A stretch of 64,000 nt of DNA from Centroscyllium fabricii (lineage: Eukaryota). The notes below the pieces were generated by a model. That model did not search any database and had not been told where the DNA came from. It worked only from the letters and a program-made list of their open reading frames with translations. Positions 51,327 through 61,139 of the stretch are shown piece by piece. Both the position numbers and the translations under genes were made by a program. Each line of letters opens with the position of its first letter. The first letter of the stretch is position 1. The DNA lies in the NCBI GenBank assembly GCA_051313645.2, contig JBNRSN020000018.1, forward strand, positions 35,154,001 through 35,218,000, written 5' to 3'.

Positions 51327-54300
51327 GCTCAACCATTGGTGGCTATGCCTTCTGTTGCCTCAGTCCTAAGTTCTGGAATTCCCGGCCTAAACTTGTCCAT
51401 CTCTCTTCCTCCTTTAAGACGCTCCTTAAAACCCACCTCTGACCAAGCTTTTGCTCACCTGCCCTAATTTATCGTTATGCGGATCGGGTCAAATATTGTG
51501 TCTTAAAATATTCCTGTGCAGCACCTTGGGATGTTTTACTGCATTAAAAAGGTGCTATATAAATACAAGTTGTTGTTTACTTCCTTGGTCACTGAATGGC
51601 AGATGTTTGTTAAGTAAATTTACCGTATTGTGTGCAAAGTGTTTTCTACTAAAATTAGTGCATGTGGCTAAACAGTGTTACCGTAAGCTCACTTGTGGCT
51701 AGTCAGCAATTCCTACTGAATAACACTGCTGTAGAGACCTGCCAAGAGGGCAATACTATAATCTATATAGACACACTCAATAAATAATTTTTAAAAGGAA
51801 GTAGGAGGACAGGGGTTTCCGGTGCTGCAATGCTAATCAGAGTTGAAATAAGGGAGACACTTTCCAGAGGAAGTGAAGTGAAATGAACCCCCACCCCTTT
51901 ATAACTCCGATCACAAGGCACTTGGAAGCCTCTTAGTGGAGAGATCATCCAAAGGTTTGGGGAGGGCGAAAAAAACAGCAAGGGAGCAGGATAACCCACG
52001 GAGGTGGAAGTGTCAGTAAATAAGCAACAACTCAGAAGATAACAGCAGGAGGCGGCCATTCGGCCCTTCGAGCCTGCTCCGCCACCTTGAGGAGATCGTA
52101 GCTGATCATCCAAACCCAGCACCCCCCTCCTACTTTTTCCCCCATATCCCCCCCCATTTCCATCCCTCCCCCCCTACTTTTTCCCCCATATCCCCCCCTC
52201 CCCATTTCCATCCCTCCCCCCCCTCCCCATTTCCATCCCTCCCCCCCCCTCCCCATTTCCATCCCCCCCCCCTCCATCCCCCCCCCCTCCATCCCCCCCC
52301 CCTCCATTTCCCCCCTCCATTTCCCCCCCCCCATTTCCATCCCTCCCCCTCCCCCATTTCCCCCCCCTCCCCATTTCCATCCCTCCCCCATTTCCATCCC
52401 CCCTCCCCTCCCCCCTCCCCATTTCCATCACCCCCCCCTCCCTCTCCCCCCTACTTTTTCCCTCATATCCCCCCCTCCCCCCCCATTTCCATCCCCCCAT
52501 TTCTTCCCTCCTCCCACCCATTCCCCCCCCCCCCCCCCCCCCACTCAGAACTACATCCCACACACACTCATGGGCAATTTTTAGTATCTCCAATTCACCT
52601 AACTTGCATGTCTTTGGGTGGTGGGAGGAAACCCACACGAACACGGGGAGAACATGCAAACTCCAGAGGTCCCGGGCCAAGCAGGATTCGAACCCAGGAG
52701 CTCCTATTGCGAGGCAGCAGTGCTAACCACTGCGCCTCCGTGTCGTCCAAACTTCTAGTGTAAAGAGTAAGCAATGGTATAATTCCCCCCCCCCCCCCCC
52801 CCCACCCCCACCCCCCACCCCACCACCCACCAAGCCAGTTAAAGCAATGGCAGTGAACCAAAGGATACTTACAGCAAACACATTAATGCCAACCACAGTA
52901 TATTTGTAATAGTAGAAATTCATAGCATGGTAACAGCAGAGGACCACTTCCCCATCCAACGGAACTTCAGTCTGGGGGCAGGAAGTGAAACAAAGAAAGA
53001 ACAAGAATTCAAAACAGTTCATATAGATCCTTATGTTGGAAACATCTTAATGTTTTATGAATCACATTTGGAATGCAACCTCCAATATGGGCCAATGTGA
53101 CAGCCATTGTGCAGCAATCACAAGAGTACCTGGAATCATGGCCAATTTTGGATCAACTATACCCAATTCAACTCTCGAACTGGTCAAAGTAGGAGCCTGA
53201 GTTTTTGGAGTATCGTACAGCCAGAGATTTATTGTATTAGAACCAGTCATTCCTCAAATTGCACGAGTCCAGCAGCCAGTTGCAAGTCATTGATGCTCGG
53301 CTACAGGAATGGAAGGGGCTCAATGTACAAGTTCCAGTGAAGCCAACAGTTGGCATATCATTGGATGGATCCATGCAAACTGTTCGCCAAGTTAGCAGAG
53401 CCACTGGAAACCGCTAACAAATTCAAAAAAGGCCCAAGTGTCAGGATCAATGGAAATCTTGGGTGGATTCTGCAGAGCTCAGACTTTCAAAATAAAAGCA
53501 TAAATTTGGCAGGTCGCCCTGTTATTCTGCCCCATACTAGGTAGAACAGGCAGCTCAACACAATAGTGGCAATGCTACAGATCAGCCAAAATAACCATGT
53601 TACAAATATGGTGGCTGATGGCCAGTGGTGTCCTGATTGTAACTGTGTAAATGTGTGAATGTGCATGACTTCAGATACAATGCGCAGAGGTAGGGAGAAT
53701 CACCTCCACCATAAGTGCAGACATCTATAAAGGAATGTTTTTGTTTGCCTCTGTGCAAGGCAGCAGGGATGCACATGGCACTGCAGGAAGCACCATGTCC
53801 ATTGCCAAACCAATCATGTGAAAGCTGGGTGTAGAGGAAGCTTTTCTCTTGCACTTAACCCAGTGCTGGATGCTAACACAGGACATTGAAAAAACACCAA
53901 CATTCCTCATTAGGATGAAGGGTAGGAATGCTCCTGACTGTCTCGGTTTGCCTTGACTGCTAATGCTTAGTTTTCACCTCATGTAATGTTCTGACCGACA
54001 ACCTAACAGGACATACAACACATTACTGGAGAAGCTCCTTACCAGCTTGGGTTGTCTGATTTGAAGCTGCTCTGGAGGGATCAGCAAGATGACAGTGATG
54101 GCTCTGCCATTTAGCTTGGCTACTGGGATGGTGATAACCAGGATCCAGGCAATGAAGGAAGCCAAGCTATGGGTAAGTACAAGAAGTGGATACCCCAGGA
54201 GAAGCCACACATAGGTGCTAGGACGGTGCTGCAAAATGGATCAAGACCAACAAGTTAATTCTCAAAGCAGCCAATTTCAGAGCGTGATTTGCTAAATTGC

Positions 54301-57300
54301 ATGAATATATTCCTGTATTAAAAAAAAGGGAACTCAAGGAAAGCACAGTATACCACACCGACAGGCGTACAAACACTTCAAAACCAACTGGGATGAAAGC
54401 AGGTAAAGTACTGGACTTGCCACATTCCTAATATACCACATTTGATCTTGCAACTACAGACCAAGAGTCTGAGCTTTGCCTCGGGTGATGCCTAGAGTAG
54501 CTTCATTTGGCAAAGAGAAGTCTTCAGGGCCCACCATTAAAACAAATACTCTGCCAATCAAACATTTCCTCTGCAAACCATCTTATGAAGCAGTGACCCA
54601 GGAGGCAAGTTACCATTTTAAAATGAGGATAGACAGGCCCAGACATTTGAACAGGTGGCTTGTTCTGTGGCAGCAGCAGAGCTGGGTTTCAGTCAACATG
54701 TTAAGAGGTGCAGGAGGAAAAAACACCTCATGTTAACAAATCCACCCCTCAACACAATGAATACTCGTTTAGGAGACTGCAGAGAAAGCAGCAACCAGCC
54801 TACCCAGTGACAGGGAAGGCAAGGCATGCTCAGGACTGCGGTCATTTCAGTATTGAGGATTTAGACAGATGGAGAAGACATTCCCATCAGCTTTTACAAT
54901 TGGAAGCATTTCTCTAAACTTCATTACACAATTCACTGCCCTTCAACTGCTCTCCGAGGATAACCTGGTTGACATATTCCCCACAGGGGTACATGTCAAC
55001 CATGTACATAGGCCACCTTCCTTCCATTTCATGCTGGAATACTGCACCACCTGGTAAAGTCCCAATCCCAGCAGCCCACCTCTAGGTTTTAAAGATCTCC
55101 CACAAGTCACCTTTCACTTTTTCCATTGCATTTCATTTCAATTTTTTGAAAACATTATCCCTACCCAACTAGGGAGAGAGCTACTAGTATTCATAATAAT
55201 AGAGTAACCTGCTATGTTGAAAAAGGAAAGTAACCCACCCAGTACTTCACTCCCTCTGCGGGAGTCTCTGGTGACATGTCTTCAACCGTTTCAGTGACAC
55301 CAAGAAGTGTTGTTGTCTCCACCGCTGTCCTCTCAGGAAAACCCTCGCCATAAAATCGGATACTGCTTTTCCTAGGATAGGTGAATGGCTTTGAAAGGAA
55401 GAGGAAAGAACCAGTGTTCAGAAATCATTTAGAAACCAAAGTACGAGCAAAAGGAGGGTTCACAAAAAAGCATTAGCTATGTGGAAACAAGTACATGTGC
55501 ACACAAACAGCATCAAGGCTTTCTAAGCAGAGCACCCCTGGTAGCATCACAGCAATTATTAGCATGTGCCAGCAGCTTGCATTTATATAGCACCTTTTAA
55601 TGTGGTAAAATGCCCCAAAGGCACTTCACAGGAGTGTAATACAAAAATAAGCACCGAGCATAAGGAGGCATCATTCGGACAGGTGAGGAAAAGCTTGGTC
55701 AAAGAGGTAGGTTTGCAGGAGGGTCTGAACAGGTTGCTGCTAGGCAGTTCAAATCCACTGCAACATCTCGAAACATGCACTGTCCTTGACCTGCCTGCTC
55801 TCCTGAAGGGTACTTACACTGGGAATGGTTCCCCAAAAATCACTAAGTCACCTTCCATGAACAAACCCTGGAGGTGAGAATTAAGTCACCTTCCATGAAC
55901 AAACCCTGGGAGGTGAGAATTAGGAGGTTTGTAACTATTAGCAGGAGAGATGGTGGTGGTGGTGGTGGTGGTGGGGGGGGGGGGGGGGAGAAGAAAGAGA
56001 AGAGAAAGAGAAAGCAGAAAATCACAACCAAATAAGCTCCTGTTCTCTAGCAGCAGTGGACCATGATAAACCACTTTTATTTGTCCTTCCCATTGGAAAC
56101 AGAGACTGTACTCGGCCAACAGGCCCAAGATCAAAGCTCGGGGCCATCCCATTTGTATGGCTCAGGTCATAGGAATTTAATATTTTTATAATAGATACTA
56201 TATTCAATCATTTTAAGATCCACAGGACACACTCAAAACACAAGTTCAAGGATGAGAAACCCATTGACCCAAAGCTGACCTTTGGTGCTATCCCAACATA
56301 ATTGGCAACTGCCCAACAGCTGTCCATTGCTGGCAAGTTTCCCTAAACAATCAGTTTGAGTAAAATAAATTTAATGCTGGTTTTAAAGCAGCCTTTGATG
56401 CAATATTCTGGTTTCAACTCATCTATATTTAATACTTTATACCCCATCAGGATCGTCTGTAGAGCTTCTCCAATCCTTCCATGTAGGTAGTCACATTCAC
56501 ACTTACTCATCTATTCACTCCCCAGGGCATGCAAGCCTTGTAATGGGCAACCTGCACAGTATTTCCTGTGCCCAGTCTGGCCAGCACATTGTGAAGTCTT
56601 GCTGCGCCTGTAGACTTGCACTCTGCTGTGTTACAGGTCCCTGTATTCGATCAGCTTCATCGCACTGAAAGTGAAATTTAATATTCCCTGGTCTTGGAAG
56701 TATAGTGAACAGTGAGGAAGAGAGCAATAGACTTCAGGAAGACAGACAGGCTGGTGAAATGGCCAGACACATGGCAGATGAAATTTAACAGAAAAGTGTG
56801 AAGTAATACATTTTGGTAGAAAGAATGGGGAAGAGGACATACAAGCTAAAAATGGTACAATTCTAAAGGAGGTGCGTGAACAGAGAGACCTGGAGGTCGG
56901 TGTGCACAAATCATTGAAGGTGGCAGGGCAGGTTGAGAAAGCAGTTAAAAAGGCTCGTGGGATCCACGGAGAGGTTCAGAGTACAAGTGTGGAAATGATT
57001 ATGAACATGTATAAAACACTGGTTTGGCCTCAACTGGAGTATTGTGTCCAATTCTGGGCACCACACTTCAGGAAGGATGTGAAGGCCTTAGAGAAGCTGC
57101 AGAAAAGATTTACGAGAATGATTCCAGGAATGAGGGACTTGAGTTACTTTGATAGACTGGAGAAGCTGGGGTTGTTCTCCTTGGAGCAGAGAAGATTGAG
57201 AGGAGATTTGATTGGTGTTCAAAATCATGAGGGGTTTGGACAGAGCAGGGTCCAGAACCAGAGGACACAGACTTAAGGTGATTGGCAAAAGAACCAAAGG

Positions 57301-60300
57301 TGATGCAAGAAAAAAAAAAACTATGCAGCAAGTGGTTAGGATCTGGAATGTACTGCCTGAAAAAGGGTGGTGGAGGCAGATTCAATCGCATCTTTCAAAA
57401 CAAAGTTGGATAAATATCTGAAGGAAAAATATTTGCAGCACCATGGGGAAAGGGTGGGACTATCTGAGGTGCTCTTAGAGAGCTGGCACTGGCTCGACAG
57501 GCCAAATGGCCTTCTTCCGTGCTGCAACCATTCGATGGTCCTTTTTCCAGATCGCCATGAGAATTCCATTTCAGCCATTGTGTACTTGTTGCAAACCTCA
57601 CTCAATGTACAATTTAAAGAGAAAAGCAAATTTCACATGAAGGGGGAATGAGGGTTCCGAAGGGGGGGGGGGGGGGGGGGGCAAAGAGATAAAGAGAATG
57701 GAAGTCTGAGGGGGGGTGTTTGGCTCACGAGAAGCTGGTTTTGCTAACTTTGTACGGATACAAAGGTGGTTAAGAAGGCATACGGAATTCTGGCCTTTAT
57801 TAACCAGGGCATAGTATACAAAAGTAGGGAGGTAATGTTAAACTTGTATAACACGCTGGTGAGACCTCAGCTGGAGTACTGTGTGCAGTTCTGGTCACCG
57901 CACTTCAGGAAGGATGTGGTTGCCCTGGAGAGGGTGCAGAGAAGGTTTACCAGGATGATACCTGGTCTGGGGGACTTATGCTACGAGGAAAGGCTGGACA
58001 GGCTGGGGTTGTTTGCCTTGGAGAAGAGAAGATTGAGGGGCGACATGATTGAGGTGTACAGGATCATGAGAGGACACGATAAGGTGGATAAAGGGGCATT
58101 GTTTCCCTTGGTGGGAGAGTCAAGTACCAGGGGACATAGATTCAAGATTAGGGGAGGGAGGTTTAGGGGGGAGGTAAGGAGAAATTTCTTTACTCAGAGG
58201 GTGGTGGAAGTCTGGAACTCCCTGCCTGTAAGGGTGGTGGAGGCAGAAACCATCGCAACATTTAAAAAATATTTGGACCAGCACATGAAGGACCGTAACA
58301 TACAGGGTTATGGGCCAGATGCGGGCAAATGGGGTTAGTATAGTGAGGAGTTTCCTGGGCCGGTGCGGACTGGATGGGCCGAATGGCCTTTATCCGCACT
58401 GTAAAGTTTCTATGATTCTATGATTCTATGATATACTCAATTTGCCAAACACATCCTTTGTACCTTCAAATTCCAATCTCATTTAGCCTTTGGCCTTGAA
58501 GAAATTAATTAATAACAGGAACTTTTGTAGTTTGTTTCAAAGTTCCAAGAGTTGGGCGGAAGGAAGGATTCCTTAACACAAGGCTAGTCTGATGTACATC
58601 AGTTTAGTTCTATTTAATAAATATCACAAAGGAATCAAAAAGGTCAGGTGTAGTCTACCAATCCAAAGACAGTTAAATAATCCATGACAGATTTGGCTCC
58701 CGTCAGGTGTGCATTACTTTACACCAAATTCTTTTGCACTTTTAATTTCTAATTTCTATGGAGCTGTTAATATTGCAGTTCTCAAACTTGTATAAAACAC
58801 TGGTCTGTATTTAATATTCTACCAGAGTGACAGAGCAGAAGACTACCGTTAATCCAATGCCCCAATTACTGCACATAGGGTCATTGTTAATCTTGCGATT
58901 AGTGGAATTCTGCAAGGGCAGATTATGGGAACAAAAATGAACACTTGGCAGTCATTGTATTTTACATTCTAGTGACTGCCTCACATATTTAGCTGGTTGA
59001 TGTTGATAATATTGTTGAATCCAGCGTCAAGACACTGGATGCCAAGTATCGATGAGCCCTAACTGCTTAAGTGACACGACTATTCCATGGGTTAACAACC
59101 GCCAAGGGTCTGTGATGCCAAGACAGTATTTGATACAATACAACTGTCTTTCTCCACCTCCCCAAAGCCAAGATACATTTACAGCAACTTTTAGTGATTC
59201 AATGTGCATGAGGTTCTCTCAAAACAGCAATCCCTTGTTCCACTGGGAAGAGACCCACAGCTAGAGTCAAACATTTCCCCTCCACAAGTGTACATCAGGA
59301 AGGAGACCACCGACATCAAGTTACCACATTCTGCATCTACTAGAGAGCTGATTTACCAACAATGTTGAGCAAAATGACCCATTGTCAAGAAAAGGGTCAA
59401 AGCCAGCCAAACCAGGCTGTTGAATATCTGGAAAAAAACAGAAAACGCTGGAGAAACTCAGCAGGCCAGGCAGCATCAGTGGAGAGAGAAGCAGAGTTAA
59501 CGTTTCAGGTCGAAGATCTTTCTTCAGAACTGGTTGAAGAACAGTTCTGAAGAAAGGTCATCGACCTGAAACGTTAACCGTTTCTCTCTCCACCGATGCT
59601 GCCTGGCCTGCTGAGTCTCTCCACCGATGCTGCCTGGCCTGCTGAGTCTCTCCACCGATGCTGCCTGGCCTGCTGAGTCTCAGCATTTTGTTATTTAGGA
59701 TTTCCAGCATCTGCAGTATTTTGCTATCGCATTAGTGTTGGATATCTGAACTGCATGCCTTTAATCAAGGGTCAGATCACCACATTCTGGTCAACATGGA
59801 CCGTTTTAAAATAAGTTACTACAAATTGGAACCAATTCTAACAGATTGCAATATTTAAGACTTGACAGTACATGTACACTAAAGTCTTGGAGTAATAGTT
59901 ACCACACTTACCTTTTGAATTACCTTCCCAAATGGCCAGAAGTAATATCCAGCAAGACTGCAGCACAGCTTCCCTGGAAGACAGCAGAACTGCATTTTTT
60001 TCAATTTTTAAAAATTACATAAATATAAACTGAACTTTTTTTGGGGGGGGGGGGGGGGCGGGGGGGTGGAGAAAAAGTTAACAAAAAGCAAAACAAGCAA
60101 AGCATCCAACAGATGGTAGAAGATACCTAGCATAAAAAGTTAGATATGAAACCCAACTAATCCCCAATAGGACAAGGATACAGTCTTAAACTCGCTCTTT
60201 ACCAGTTTAAATCAGATATCAGGAAGTCCCTCATATGTGGAATGGATTTCTGGGTAGGGAGTGTAGGCAAAATCCTGGAATCAAGGATGAAGATACTGGG

Positions 60301-61095
60301 ATTTAGAAGGGAGAGATTTGGAAGTGGGGTACAGGGAAAGACAAAGCTGTCTCTTGATCAAACAAACTTATAGTTGCAAACCATTAAAAAGGTAAATATG
60401 GCTGATTGAAAGTCTGAAAGCAGAGCAAGGCATACTGTCAAGTTAGTCAGGAGACCAGAGGCTGACTGACATCCATCTTACAGCATGGGAGATCTCTACT
60501 GGAGCAGGGTACAAGACACATACAATTATGGAATATACATTTGAGCTCAAGAAAGCAAGAGAGGGAATCCACTTCAGGGAATAGAGCGGATTGAAGTACG
60601 TATACTATAATTAGAAACAGAACCAGTGACCATAAAGAGGAACAGCTAAACACTAAAATCCCCAGGTGCCCTCAAAAGGGGAAACAGCAGAGCCTTTTTG
60701 CTATTTAAGCCAATGTGAACATGTAGCAGTTGGCACAAATAAAAAGGGGATTACATCTCAAAGAAAGAGGCACAATTCTCAGAATGGGCTGTTGTACAAA
60801 CCCAACTCCAGATAGATTGGAATATAATCTAGACCATTTAAAAAAGGAAATCAGGAAGCACATTTTCACACAATGGATAGTGGAAATCCAGAACTCTTCC
60901 CCCAGTGGGTCACAAGTTTGTATTTCAACCACGTCACTGCTCGACATGCTGAACAGAGGACAAGCACTTCCCAAAGAGGAGAAAGAGTGTTAGGGACAAC
61001 TTACCAGCCAGTTGTAGGAAGGGATTCTAGGAGAACTGAAGACAGGTGTCTAACCCATTCTTTTTACAGTGGGGTGGGGGAGGAAACACTTAGAT

Positions 61096-61139
<44 letters not shown>

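Larger units (their letters stand above)
49340..52868 (-). other. U12-type (minor spliceosome) GT-AG intron of CAX
   Basis: 5' splice site GTATCCTTT; branch point TTCTTTAAC ~11 nt before the AG; no long pyrimidine tract; restores the A|AT Asn codon. Confidence 0.88.

Noticed and set aside
52032-52680. Gly-rich ORFs on the - strand
   Set aside because: Translations of a low-complexity G-rich expansion inside a SINE.
55371-55373. Alternative CAX acceptor (cctag)
   Set aside because: Out of phase with the upstream exon; the acceptor at 55389-55390 has the pyrimidine tract and keeps frame.
56507-56640. Extra CAX exon (cag...gtaagt, 134 nt) with an in-frame TGA, as a poison or selenocysteine exon
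   Set aside because: No pyrimidine tract, stops in all three frames, no CAX similarity, no SECIS seen, and the flanking exons already join in frame.
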